Part shown: one piece after another, positions 9,450 to 19,918 of the stretch
Numbering within the stretch: position 1 is the first letter of the stretch
How the letters are laid out: every line of letters begins with the position of its first letter
Origin: an uncultured bacterium
GTDB lineage: Bacteria > Chloroflexota > UBA5177 > JANWHV01
Reading direction: 5' to 3'
Length of the DNA: 64,000 nt
Assembly (NCBI GenBank): GCA_963827235.1
Contig: CAWHAE010000020.1
Location: 160,001 to 224,000, forward strand
Notes under the pieces: model-generated
The model's input: only the letters and a program-made list of their open reading frames with translations
Database searches by the model: none
Told to the model about the DNA's origin: nothing
Translations under genes and position numbers: made by a program

Positions 9450-11465
9450 TCAGCCCTGCCGGAACACGCAGCCCCAGTTGGCCAGGACGGCGTATCCTTC
9501 GAGACGGTAGTCCGTCACGGACAGGGACGTGTTGCCGTTCAGCAGGTCGATCCATTGGCCGTTGACCGGCAGCGGCACGTCCACCAGCTGAGTGCTGTCC
9601 GAGAAGTTCAGCACTACCATGAAGCGCTCGACCTGGCCGTCGGCTGTGTTACCCCAGCGGTGGTAGATGATCACCTGCCTCGACTCGTCGACGCCGTAGC
9701 CATCGGGCGAGAAGTTATGCCAGCTCAAGTCGTAGTAGTCGGGATAGAAGTTGGGCGAGCGAAGGCCCGGGTGCGCGCGCCGCATGCCGAGCAGGAAGCT
9801 GTAGCGATCGCGCATCGTCTTGCCGATCATGTCGTAGTTCTCGCCCCAGACCAACGGGCGGGACTGGACCCGCTTCATCTGCGGAGGTGCGTGCGAGTCG
9901 TCTTCCCACAACTCCTCAACCTGGCCCCATTCCTGCCCATTGTGTACCAGTACTGTGCCCGAGCACGTAGCAAGGGCAATCATGAAGGGCTGTGCCTTGT
10001 ACCAGCGGTCGCGCGACCCCACCACGTAGGTCACCGTGGCATGATCGTGGTTCTCTATGTAGATCGTGGGGCAGATGGGGGCGTCGAAATCCAGCGCCGA
10101 GTTGAGGACGCGCATGTATGCCGAGTCGACATGGCCGCTCAGTGCGTAGCCGTGGAAGATATCGAATGGGTACGAGCGGAATGGGTCGAACCAGGCGCCG
10201 GTCGGCTGGATGGTACTGGTATCGCCGATCACGCTGAAGTCCCAGGCATCCTCGAGGATGAGAGAGACGTTCTCTAGGTCGTGCGCCTGCGCGATCTCCT
10301 TCAGGTCCGCGATCAGCTTGGGCGCGCCTTCCTGGGGGAATTTGGGCTTGTCGTACCCGGTAACCTGGTCGAAGCGGAATCCGTCGAGTTTGAACCGCAG
10401 CAGCCAGTACGCGCATACGTCGGTGACGAGTTGTTGGGTGCAGAGGTTGTCGTAGTCGAGCGGCAACATGCTGAAGTCGTTCGTGCTCACGAACTGACCG
10501 ACGAACGGCGAGTCAGCGGGATCCTGCCACAGCCAGTAGTACGGGAACCCGTTCGTTCCCGAACCCTGCCGGGCATGCTGCAATACGATATCCAGCAAGA
10601 CATGCAGGTTACGCGCGTGGCACTCCGTGATCAGCCTGGCGAGACGAGCCAGGCGATCGATGCGGTCGCTCGGGTCGTTGACATACGCGGACTCGACCGA
10701 GAAGAAGTAGGCCGGGTCGTAGCCCCAGCTGAAGTCCTCGTCGTCCGGCCAGGCAATCCAGGGCATGAACTCGATGGCGTTGACGTTGAGCGATTTCACC
10801 GCGTCGAGCTTGTCGACCACGGCGTCCACGGCGGGCCGCTGCCCGCGGTATTCCTTTGTGAAGTCGTCGATCATCAGCTCGTAGACGATCAGATCCCGCG
10901 AGGGCAGCCTCTTCTCAAGAGGCACCGGATCGATGGCCGGCCCCCCAACCACGAAAGCGGAACGATCGAGCGAGTCGCCGCCATACTTGGTGCAGGGATC
11001 GCCGACCGTGCGCACCGTCCCGTTCTCAAAGCGGACGACGAATTGGTACTGGTAAAACCCATCGGGAAGCGGCGAGGGGAACTGATAGGAGAAGAGAAAG
11101 CCGTGGTCGTGTTGGCCGCGCGTCATGGGCAAACCGCTTGCCGCGTCCCAGTTCGTGAGTCCGGGGCTGACGAGGCTCTGGAAATCGCCTACGATGGTGA
11201 CTTCGGCGATGCGGCAAGGTCCGCCGCGAACGTACTGCTTCGGATCGACTGCGTTGTCCGGCACGAACAGAGTCAACTGCCGGCCCCCGTCGTCGGAGCG
11301 CGAGAAACCGAATTGCTCGTACAAGGCTCTCCTCCGATACTCTGCTGGCGCAACGGCACGACCCGGATCGACCTTGGGCACGATGGGCGTTCCTGCCGCT
11401 GCGGCGACGCCGACGCCACTCCATCCGTGGTACTCGCGCGACGGAGCGAGGTTCCGCGCGGGCAT
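9450..11465 (-). CDS. GH13 alpha-amylase-family glycosidase (branching enzyme/trehalohydrolase-like); start uncertain
   Basis: IVYEL, NAIEFMP, SWGYDP, GFRFD (nucleophile), ILED (acid/base), YIENHD motifs. Confidence 0.88.
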   Translation of the reverse strand: MPARNLAPSREYHGWSGVGVAAAAGTPIVPKVDPGRAVAPAEYRRRALYEQFGFSRSDDGGRQLTLFVPDNAVDPKQYVRGGPCRIAEVTIVGDFQSLVSPGLTNWDAASGLPMTRGQHDHGFLFSYQFPSPLPDGFYQYQFVVRFENGTVRTVGDPCTKYGGDSLDRSAFVVGGPAIDPVPLEKRLPSRDLIVYELMIDDFTKEYRGQRPAVDAVVDKLDAVKSLNVNAIEFMPWIAWPDDEDFSWGYDPAYFFSVESAYVNDPSDRIDRLARLARLITECHARNLHVLLDIVLQHARQGSGTNGFPYYWLWQDPADSPFVGQFVSTNDFSMLPLDYDNLCTQQLVTDVCAYWLLRFKLDGFRFDQVTGYDKPKFPQEGAPKLIADLKEIAQAHDLENVSLILEDAWDFSVIGDTSTIQPTGAWFDPFRSYPFDIFHGYALSGHVDSAYMRVLNSALDFDAPICPTIYIENHDHATVTYVVGSRDRWYKAQPFMIALATCSGTVLVHNGQEWGQVEELWEDDSHAPPQMKRVQSRPLVWGENYDMIGKTMRDRYSFLLGMRRAHPGLRSPNFYPDYYDLSWHNFSPDGYGVDESRQVIIYHRWGNTADGQVERFMVVLNFSDSTQLVDVPLPVNGQWIDLLNGNTSLSVTDYRLEGYAVLANWGCVFRQG

Positions 11466-11649
11466 GCACGGCCCACTCCGGCTCGTGTCTACGCAGGATG
11501 CCTCTGCCGTCACTCTACTACGTGGACGGGTGTACCGCAACCCGGAACCCCCGCGCCGCTCCGCGCAGCAGGCTAGTGAGTATACTGCCTACAGTATTGC
11601 CCGAGCCCACGAGGATCGCGGCAGACGTAGCGATAGGTGCTGAACGTAG

Positions 11650-12360
11650 ATGAGCAGCTCGTCGACGATCGTTGCCCTCCAGCAGGAGGCGCTCTGGCAG
11701 CGGGTCGTGCACGCCTTGCGCCGTGCCATTGTGACTGGCGAACTCGAGGCCGGCTTGCATCTCAAGGAGCCGGCATTGGCCCAACGCTACGGCGTCAGCC
11801 GCCTGCCCATACGCGAGGCGATCGCCCAGCTCGAGCGAGAGGGCCTGGTGCGCAGCGAGCCTCGCCGCGGTGCCTATGTGGTCGGTATCACGGACCAGGT
11901 GATCAGTGACATCTACGACTGCCGGCTGCTGATCGAGGCGTACGCGCTCAAGCGAGTGGCCCAGTCGATCGACGAAGAGGGTTTGGCCGCGCTCGAGGAG
12001 CTGGTCGACCAGATGGAGCGCGACGTGATGCTGGACCAGGTGCAGTCCGTGGCGGTCTGCGACCTGGCCTTTCACCGCCGGATCGTCGAGCTGGCCGGGA
12101 ATCGAGCCCTCGCATCTGCTTGGGAGCCGCTCACACCGCTGATCGCCACTGCGCTGGGCATCGCCGAGGCCGCCGTGCCCGATCTGCCGGCCGCCGTCCA
12201 CGGGCATCGCCTGCTGCTCGACGCCCTGCGCGCGCATGACCCGGACGCCGCCGTGCAGGAGCTCTCGGCCCACCTTCCGGTCGGCGGTCAGCTGGTCATC
12301 GATGCCATCAAGAACATCCGAGAGGCGCACGCGAGGCGCGACCAGTCTGCTCCGATCTGA
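11650..12360 (+). CDS. GntR-family (FCD) transcriptional regulator
   Basis: wHTH LKEPALAQRYGVSRLPIREAIAQLEREGLV; FCD motif DLAFHRRIVELAGN. Confidence 0.93.
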   Translation: MSSSSTIVALQQEALWQRVVHALRRAIVTGELEAGLHLKEPALAQRYGVSRLPIREAIAQLEREGLVRSEPRRGAYVVGITDQVISDIYDCRLLIEAYALKRVAQSIDEEGLAALEELVDQMERDVMLDQVQSVAVCDLAFHRRIVELAGNRALASAWEPLTPLIATALGIAEAAVPDLPAAVHGHRLLLDALRAHDPDAAVQELSAHLPVGGQLVIDAIKNIREAHARRDQSAPI

Positions 12361-12495
12361 CGTCTGCACGCTCGTGGCCACGCCCGCGTGGTCCGCCTCA
12401 CCAGCCCGGCGAATCGGTGTCTCACAGTTACTCTGCTGCCGGCACACTGATGGCAAATCGCCGGACCACAGGTCACGTCCCGGAACCTGCATCGC

Positions 12496-12554
12496 TTGAC
12501 ACTCCACCCGGGGTGCGGTAACGTACGAATGGGAACCCCACCCCGGGTGGGGAG
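12496..12554 (+). promoter_or_regulatory. Sigma70-type promoter with two CsoR-type operators
   Basis: TTGACA(12496)-17 bp-TAACGT(12519). The spacer is the C/G-tract palindrome ACTCCACCCGGGGTGCGGT; a second one, ACCCCACCCCGGGTGGGG, lies at about 12535. Confidence 0.75.
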
Positions 12555-12586
12555 GCGTGGAGAGTGACGGGAAGGGTGCGACCGCG

Positions 12587-12985
12587 ATGTTGCCCGAGTA
12601 CAAGAAAGAGGCAACGCTCAGGCTCAAAGTGGCGGCCGGGCACCTCGAAGGCGTTCGGCGGATGGTGGAAAACGAGGAATACTGCGTCGACCTGATGAAG
12701 CAGCTGGCTGCCGTACAAGGCACCCTGCAACGGGTGCAGCAGATCTTCTTGCGCAATCACCTCTCCACCTGCGTTTCCACCGCGATCAGAAACGGCATGG
12801 GTGAGGCCATTATCGAAGAGCTCATGGGCGCCCTGAAATACGACACGAGCCTGGTGGACGGCCGCGGCACGCTTGGTGCCGACCTGCTGCACGCGCCGGA
12901 GCGGCCCGAACAGGCGCCGCCATGCTGCGAGACAGATAGCATGGCCGGCGCGGTCGCGCCTGCGGGATCGCGCGAGGAGCGGTGA
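12587..12985 (+). CDS. csoR: CsoR/RcnR-family copper-sensing repressor
   Basis: RLKVAAGHLEGVRRMVENEEYCVDLMKQLAAVQG...NHLSTCV with Cys/His/Cys ligands; lies upstream of copA/copZ. Confidence 0.9.
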   Translation: MLPEYKKEATLRLKVAAGHLEGVRRMVENEEYCVDLMKQLAAVQGTLQRVQQIFLRNHLSTCVSTAIRNGMGEAIIEELMGALKYDTSLVDGRGTLGADLLHAPERPEQAPPCCETDSMAGAVAPAGSREER

Positions 12986-15503
12986 TGAGCACCATTCCTG
13001 CTCCCCGTGCCGGCGAGCTCGACGCCGGCTATGCCCGCGCCGATCTGGCGATCGGCGGCATGACCTGCGCCTCGTGCGTGGCACGGGTCGAGCGCAGGCT
13101 GGGCAGATTGACGGTGTGGCGGCGCAGGTAAACCTCGCGACCGACCGCGCGACGGTTGCCTACGACCGGACGGCTATCGATGTCGACGACCTGGTGCACG
13201 CGATAGAAGCCGCGGGTTACAGCGCCCGGCCCCTGACCGCCGGTCCGGCGATCGCCGAGGCGCCGGAATCCGGCCTTGTCCGGCAAGAGCTGGCAATCGC
13301 TGGCATGACCTGCGCCTCGTGCGTGGCGCGCGATCGAGCGGAAGCTGGGCAAGGTCGACCGGCGTGCGCTCGGCCCAGGTAAACCTGGCGACCGAACGGG
13401 CCGTGGTGATGTATGACCCGGCGGTCGCCAGCCCCGCGATGCTGATCGGGGCGGTGGAGGCGGCCGGTTACGGCGCCGGCCCGGTGGTCGAGCGCCAGGC
13501 CGGTCGAGACGGGGAGACCGAGGCGCGCCACCGCGATCTTGCCGGGCGCCGCCGTCTGCTCGGTCTGGGCATCGCCCTGAGCATCGCCGTCATGGCAGCG
13601 GCGACGTTGCCCGGACTGGCCGGCTTTCCCAGCTCCAGGTCGCACAATACTCTGCTGGCCCTGCTCGCTCTGCCCGCATGGCTCGTACGTGGGCCGTGAC
13701 TTCCACCGTGGCGCCCTGGTGAATCTGCGACACCGAGCTGCCAGCATGGACACCCTGATCTCGCTTGGCTCCTCCGTTGCTTACCTGTACAGTCTGGTGT
13801 TGACATTCGGCGCAGGCGGCGGCGATGTCTACTTCGACACGGCAGCGCTGATCGTCACCCTGATCTACCTGGGCAAGTATCTGGAAGCAGCGGCGAAGCG
13901 CAAGGCGAGCGAGGCAATCCGGCACCTGGCAGGATTGCAGCCCAGCACGGCCCGCGTCGTGCGGAACGGGCAGGAGCGCGATCTGCCTATCGAACAGGTC
14001 GTGCCCGGCGACGTCCTGCTCATCCGGCCCGGGGAGAAGGTGCCCGTGGACGGCGCTGGTGCTGGAAGGCGAAAGCGGCGTGGACGAGTCCATGGTCACC
14101 GGTGAGAGCCTGTCCGTCTCCAAGTCCACCGGTGACCCGGTGGTCGGCGCCACGGTCAATGGCACCGGGCTGCTGCGGGTACGGGCTACTGCCGTGGGCA
14201 GCCGCACCGTGCTGGCAGGGATCATCCGCCTGGTCGAGCAGGCACAGGGTTCTAAGGCGCCGGTACAGCGCCTGGCCGACCGCATCTCCGGTGTTTTCGT
14301 GCCGGTGGTGATCGGACTGGCCGCACTCACCCTGCTCGGCTGGCTGCTGAGCGGACACGGTCTCGGCCAGGCCCTGATCCCGGCGATTGCCGTGCTGATC
14401 ATCGCCTGCCCGTGCGCGCTGGGCCTGGCCACGCCGACGGCGATCATGGTCGGCACCGGACGCGGAGCCGGCATGGGCATCCTGATCAAGGGCGGTGAGA
14501 GTCTCGAGCGCATCCGGGCGCTCACCTCGGTGGTGCTGGACAAGACCGGCACGGTCACCGAGGGCAAGCCGCGCCTGGTCGACGTCTTGCCCCTCTCCGA
14601 CCTGACGCCCGAGAACCTCCTTCGGCTGGCGGCCGGACTCGAGCGCGGCAGCGAGCATCCTCTCGGCCAGGCCGTCGTGCATGCAGCCGAGGAGCGCGGC
14701 CTCTCGCTCCCGCCCACGCCCGCGGACTTCCACTCTATCACGGGTGGCGGTGTCGAGGGCACCGTGGAAGGTCACCTGGTGCTGGTGGGCTCGCGCAGGC
14801 TGCTCGCGGAGCAAGGGGTAGCACCGACGGACACGGGAGACGCCCTCGAGAGCGCCCTGCAGGCAGGGGGCGCGACCGGCCTGCTGGTCGCCGTGGACGG
14901 CCGCCTGGCCGGACTGCTCGCGGTGACGGACACCGTGAAGGAGGGCGCCGCGGCGGCGGTGGCGTCGCTCCAGGCCCTCGGCCTGGACGTGATGCTGCTT
15001 ACGGGCGACAACGCGCGCGCCGCGGCGGCGGTCGGGCGCGAGGTGGGCATTGGCCGAGTGACGGCGGAGGTCCGGCCTGAAGAGAAGGCTGCCGAGGTGG
15101 TGCGGCTGCAGGCCCAGGGTGAGGTGGTGGCCATGGTAGGCGACGGCATCAACGACGCTCCGGCGCTGGCCGCGGCCGACGTCGGCATAGCCTGGGCACG
15201 GGCACCGGCGTGGCCATGGCCGCCGCCGACATCACTCTGGTGCGCGGCGACCTGCGCGCCGTGCCGGATGCCATCGCCCTCTCTCGCGCCACCATGCGCA
15301 CGATCAAGCAGAATCTGTTCTGGGCGTTCTTCTACAACGCGATCCTCATTCCGCTGGCCGCGCTGGGCGTCGTGAATCCGATCTTTGCCGCCTCGGCCAT
15401 GGCGTTTTCGTCCGTCAGCGTGACCGGCAACAGTCTGCGCCTGGCTCGCTTCCGCCTCTCCTCTCCGGCCTCCCGTGTGGTCGGGGCGGGCGCCCTGCCG
15501 TGA
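12985..15503 (+). pseudogene. copA: Cu(I) P1B-type ATPase CopA broken by about six single-base indels (real or assembly error)
   Basis: Two GMTCASC domains, [29 protein letters not shown] and MAFSS motifs spread over successive frames. Shifts occur near 13105, 13332, 13360, 13687, 14055 and 15192. Confidence 0.85.
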
Positions 15504-15525
15504 AGGGTTGGAAGTCCCGATGCTC

Positions 15526-15636
15526 TGGTGAGGCCACGACGGGATCTATACACCGCGACGGTGCCCCGGGACGAATTCCGGCGTTGCTCACGGCCCACCA
15601 GGCGCGGCATTCATACCGCCCGTGCGTGTTTCGCCG
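15526..15636 (+). repeat. Dispersed intergenic repeat, copy A
   Basis: Aligns by eye with 33414-33522 along its length and with 27534-27587 over its first half. Confidence 0.7.
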
Positions 15637-15735
15637 TGGCTTGCGTATGGAGTGAAGAATGTATGGGTGGTCTGCCGCCCTGAGGTCTCGCGCCGCGACC
15701 TGCGCCGCGACTCATGTAGCTTCGAGGGAGTTTGA

Positions 15736-15948
15736 ATGATGAGTACCGCAACCTATACCGCGCCCGCGATCTCCTGCCAGCATTGCCAGCACGCCATCGA
15801 GAGCGCCATCAGCGCACTGGCCGGCGTGGAGTCCGTGCACGTGGATATCGCCACCAAGCGCGTCGACGTGCGCTACGATCCGGCGCAGGTTGACGAAGCC
15901 AGACTCGTGGCCACGCTGGACGAAGAGGGCTATCCCGTCGCTCGCTGA
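15736..15948 (+). CDS. copZ: Copper chaperone CopZ (HMA domain)
   Basis: ISCQHC metal-binding motif, 70 aa, ends EEGYPV; GAGGGAG RBS. Confidence 0.9.
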   Translation: MMSTATYTAPAISCQHCQHAIESAISALAGVESVHVDIATKRVDVRYDPAQVDEARLVATLDEEGYPVAR

Positions 15949-16005
15949 CCGATCAGCTCCGGCACAGCGTGCGGACGAAGCAAGGTGCCCGGGAGAGTGG
16001 CGCGC

Positions 16006-16242
16006 CTACGGCTCGGTGTCCGGATCTGGGCAGGCAGCGTCCTCGCCGAGCAGCGTTTCGTGTTCGACCGCTTCGTCGCGGGCGTCGGCCTGAGCGATCT
16101 GGCGCAGCTTCCCGATCAGCTCTTCCAGCGTGCGGAAGCGATATTCCTCACCGCTCTGAGTGCTTGCGAGACGGCCCGCCCATTCGACGCCGTGGACATC
16201 CTGCCGTCGCCAGACCCTGAGGATGAACGACCTGTAGCGCAT
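16006..16242 (-). CDS. Small conserved-looking hypothetical protein (78 aa)
   Basis: GGAGG RBS before ATG 16242. YRSFILRVW...WAGRLASTQSGEEYRFRTLEEL resembles a small-protein family I recall from Chloroflexota. Confidence 0.65.
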   Translation of the reverse strand: MRYRSFILRVWRRQDVHGVEWAGRLASTQSGEEYRFRTLEELIGKLRQIAQADARDEAVEHETLLGEDAACPDPDTEP

Positions 16243-16886
16243 CCGTGCCTCCTGTCTGCGCGCATCGCCTGCGCCCAAGCTCCCGGCGTCCCGTTTGGCG
16301 GGCACCGTCTCCAGGTCGGCTCTCAGGAGTGTCCTGCCTTCTCCAGCCACGTCTGCACCACGTCCATGTCTCGGGCACGCTGCGAGCCGGATTCCCACGG
16401 CGTATCGCTGTTGCCGTCGCCGAATCGTGGAGCAGACCGGTACCTGTTCCCAGGGACCGCGCCACTTGAGTCCGCCCTGCACGTCACCGCCCAGTGCTTG
16501 TACCCAGGGACTGGGGGCACCTTGCCGGCCCCGCCCGTCGCCACCGGGAGCCCGCCCCAGGGGCCACGGGCATCCTGTCCGCCCCGTGGATCACCACGAT
16601 TCGGGCGAGATGCTCGCGGTCCCGCTGCGCCGCGAATCCTGTCGCTCGTCTGTTTGCCGACCGGAACAACTACCTGAGGGACTCTGTCCTTGAGACCGCT
16701 CGGGCACGGTGCCCAAACTGCTCTGTCTCGAGGCAAGTCGCTCGCAAAGCTGCTACTCCGCGAAACCCGGCCCTCCTCGTCTATTGGCCATGAGCAGCAA
16801 CCATGTAGCCAGCCTTGCCGTCGGGAAGCACGCACCTTGGTCGTTCCACCGCCGGCCGGTGCCGCGAGCCATGCGCGGCCGGACGA

Positions 16887-18020
16887 TCAGTCGTTCCATT
16901 GTAGGTAGCTGACCAGATCGCTGGCCCGGTTCCAGAATGTCGTGTTGGATGAGGCCGCCGTGGCCTGCAGCATATAGACGGACTCGCCACTCGCATCGGT
17001 TGCCGCCCACGCGTACGACACGGCCGGGAATGCCGCGCCACCCTGGGGCGTGAAGGTATAGCAGATCTTGATGTGGGTGCCGGTGACGCCGGCAACCGTG
17101 CCTTGCGATGCGTCGGTACATTGCGCCGCGTCCGGATATCGTTGCTGCAGATTCGTCAGAATTGATTGCAGTATTCCCTCGGCGGACTGGGCACTGCTCG
17201 ATTGGTCGTGCCCTATGTCCATGCTGTTGGGCTGCGTCTGGGTGTCGGTCAGCAGCATCTCGTTACTCGACTGCTGAGCGACCTGCCAGCCGGACGGCAA
17301 CTGAATGGAGAAGGTGTTCGTGGAGACGGTCTGGCCGGCATTCGCCTGAGTGGCCACGGGCGCGGCAGTGGGCTGCTCCTCGGCGTATGTGGCCGTGGGT
17401 TGAGCCAGTGCCGATGTCGGGCTGGCAGCCGCCGAGGTAGGTTGGGCAAGGGAGGAGGTCGAGCTTGGTGACGCCGACGCAGGCTGGGCCAATGCCGACG
17501 TCGGTTGCCCGGTCGCGGACGTAGGCTGGGCCAATGCCGGCGTGTTCACTGCGGTTGGTAACGCGGTGAGACCGTGAGCCGACGTAGGCTGAGCCGTCTC
17601 GTGCACGAGCACGGTGCCGGTGGCGTTCGGCGTGCCCGTCCCCTGCGTTGTCACCGACGGCGTGGCGGGCGCGGCCGTTGGCGTCGGCGTCGCCACGATG
17701 GAGATCGGCAATGTAGCGCTGCTGCCGTGGTGCGTCGTGAGCAAGCCGAGGGCGCCTATGACCGCCACCGCGCCGATCACCAGAGCCAGAATGGCCGTTC
17801 CAGGCAGGCGATGCGGCGGTGTCGTGCCGTAGGCATGCGGCGCGCCTGGGGGAGTGCCGGCGGGCGGGTAGCCTGCTCCAGGTGCGTAGGCAGGTTGCGC
17901 GGCGACCGGCTGCTGCGCGGCGCCTTCGCCGGGGGGGCACTGCAGACGCCCACCGCAGCGCGAGCAGAACAGCATGCCTTCGCTATAGGGAGTGCCACAT
18001 TGGGCGCAGGTAAGAGGCAT
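16887..18020 (-). CDS. Zinc-ribbon / single TM / Pro-Thr-Ala linker / PsbP-like extracellular domain protein
   Basis: CAQC...FCSRC at the N-terminus; TM ILALVIGAVAVIGALGLL; ALAQPTS repeats; FSIQLPSGW opens a PsbP-like fold. Confidence 0.75.
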   Translation of the reverse strand: MPLTCAQCGTPYSEGMLFCSRCGGRLQCPPGEGAAQQPVAAQPAYAPGAGYPPAGTPPGAPHAYGTTPPHRLPGTAILALVIGAVAVIGALGLLTTHHGSSATLPISIVATPTPTAAPATPSVTTQGTGTPNATGTVLVHETAQPTSAHGLTALPTAVNTPALAQPTSATGQPTSALAQPASASPSSTSSLAQPTSAAASPTSALAQPTATYAEEQPTAAPVATQANAGQTVSTNTFSIQLPSGWQVAQQSSNEMLLTDTQTQPNSMDIGHDQSSSAQSAEGILQSILTNLQQRYPDAAQCTDASQGTVAGVTGTHIKICYTFTPQGGAAFPAVSYAWAATDASGESVYMLQATAASSNTTFWNRASDLVSYLQWND

Positions 18021-19148
18021 CTACTTCACCTCCAGACCGGGAACGGGTTCGGCAGTGACCGGTACGGCAGCCCTGCCCGCCGGCCGTGCCGGCGCCGCGG
18101 CAACTGCCTTGCCGCAGCGCGGACAGAAGCGATTCGCGTAGATGTGATGGTGGCAGTTTGGGCAATGGAACTCGTGTACGCCCATGTCCGCGGATTCCTC
18201 CAGCAGTCCCTCGTGGAGCACGTAGCGAATCATGATCAAGAGGACGCCGACAACCGCCGCCTGCCAGGCCAGAATCACGAGCTGCGAGAAGGCGCGATCG
18301 TTCAGCATCTGGCTCACCAGTACGAAGCCGACGTGCGCGGCGATAGCCAGCACGACGGCGCCAATCGCCCTGACGCGGAAGGCGCTGGCATCGAAGCGCC
18401 AGAGCGCGCACACGATGGCGCCCGTCGCGCTGCCGTGCAGCAGCGGCAGCAGCACGGCGACGGAGATCAGCGTGTAGACCCAGTTCGCCGGCTGCGTGTG
18501 AGTGGTCAGATCGTGCAGCACGGTGGAGAAGCGCACCACGGATTCCGCCGCGCTGAAGCCGAGCCCCGCGGCAACGCCGAACACAAGACCATCCACGCGT
18601 TCCTCGAACTTACCGCGCAGACGCACGGCCAGGGCCGGGATAGCCTTGAGGACCTCTTGCACGACCGGTACCAGCAGCCCCAGCCAGAGCAGCGAGGTCT
18701 TGTCGTCGCCGTAGACGCTCTGCATGGCGACGTTGCCCGTGGTCGACTTGACAATGATGGTGACCACGATGCCCAGCAGCACGCCGCCGCCTATCGTCAA
18801 GCCCAGCACCGGTGCCGGCTCGTCGCGGTAGACCTGAGCCTCGTACAGGTAGGTCAGGTACAGAATCGGTACCAGGAACGCCGCGCACAGCAGCGCCGTC
18901 GCCACCAGCCCGGCCACGTCCAGGACGAGCACCAGGGCTACGCCGGCGATCAGTGCCCAGCGAAACTCGTGTATCTTCTGGTGGCCCAGGTGCGGCAGCA
19001 GGGTCGTCAGCACGCCGGGGTGGAACACATGCTCGCCCGGGTGCGCCGCGTAGTGGGCGTATCGCGAGGCATCCGCCAGCTGCTTGCGGCCGCACGCCGT
19101 GCAAAACATGCCGTCCGGTACCTCCTTGCCACAATCAATGCACCTCAT
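18021..19148 (-). CDS. PrsW-family intramembrane protease-like protein with N- and C-terminal zinc ribbons
   Basis: Multi-TM; VQEVLK, DGLVFGVAAGLGFSAAES, LLHGSATG and AAH motifs; CIDC..CTAC and CPNC..CPRC ribbons. Confidence 0.82.
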   Translation of the reverse strand: MRCIDCGKEVPDGMFCTACGRKQLADASRYAHYAAHPGEHVFHPGVLTTLLPHLGHQKIHEFRWALIAGVALVLVLDVAGLVATALLCAAFLVPILYLTYLYEAQVYRDEPAPVLGLTIGGGVLLGIVVTIIVKSTTGNVAMQSVYGDDKTSLLWLGLLVPVVQEVLKAIPALAVRLRGKFEERVDGLVFGVAAGLGFSAAESVVRFSTVLHDLTTHTQPANWVYTLISVAVLLPLLHGSATGAIVCALWRFDASAFRVRAIGAVVLAIAAHVGFVLVSQMLNDRAFSQLVILAWQAAVVGVLLIMIRYVLHEGLLEESADMGVHEFHCPNCHHHIYANRFCPRCGKAVAAAPARPAGRAAVPVTAEPVPGLEVK

Positions 19149-19918
19149 ACCTGATCCCCTTTCGACGACGTCGCGATCTCACGGCCCCGGCCAGCCTGCG
19201 CGGCCGCGAAGTGTATGGATAGGAGAGCCTCTCGCTACCCGGCATGCTATCTCGAGGCCGTTGCCCGGCTGTTTCCTCGCGACACACACCGCCGATGGCA
19301 GGTGCCGTGGCCCGCGGCTCTCTGGGCTGCACCGGCACCGCCGGGAGGCTCGCGCTCTCCGCGGTGATCGCGTCTTGTGTACGGCCCGTGCCGTCTTGTG
19401 TACTGGATAGCCGAGCCGGCCGGTAACATGCCTGTCTCCCGGCAGAGCGACGCGCGCTTCTCCACCTCTCCGCTTCCCACGGGCACGGCACACAGCGCGG
19501 TCGCGCCCTCGTCGCCGCGGCCTTGGCGAGAGTGCCGGCCGGTCTGACCGGATCCCGTGCTCGAGCGTAGCTGCTGCGCCCCGGCCTCCCCGCAACAGCG
19601 GCGGCTCGTGGCACGCATCGCGGGCCCGCGGCCGCGGCTGCTCCGACGCGCCTGCCAATTGCTCGCCAAGACGCCACGGCTCGCTGCCGGCGGGCCGAGC
19701 ACGAAGCAGTCGCGGTGCTCGCCCCGCTACGCCGGTGCGACCGCGCCGCCAACCCCGCGGTAGCCGTGTCTCATCGCGGTTGCCGCCATGGCCGGCCCCC
19801 TGCGGGCGCCGCTGGCGAACAGAGTAGCCGCCTTAAGCCGGCGCCGCGGCCGGGCGCCTCGCCATCGAAAGTCTGCTGCTCTGGCCCCGGACGGTGGAGA
19901 GCCTTCGCCGGAAGCGCC

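Noticed and set aside
9450-11465. GH13 gene as part of the TerY-P system
   Set aside because: A gap of about 200 bp separates it from terY, unlike the overlapping triad genes, and it is divergent from its own GntR regulator.
19150-19900. Coding or riboswitch content in the long GC-rich gap
   Set aside because: ORFs are low-complexity with no motifs; only a weak partial resemblance to the dispersed repeat near 19178, not enough to call.
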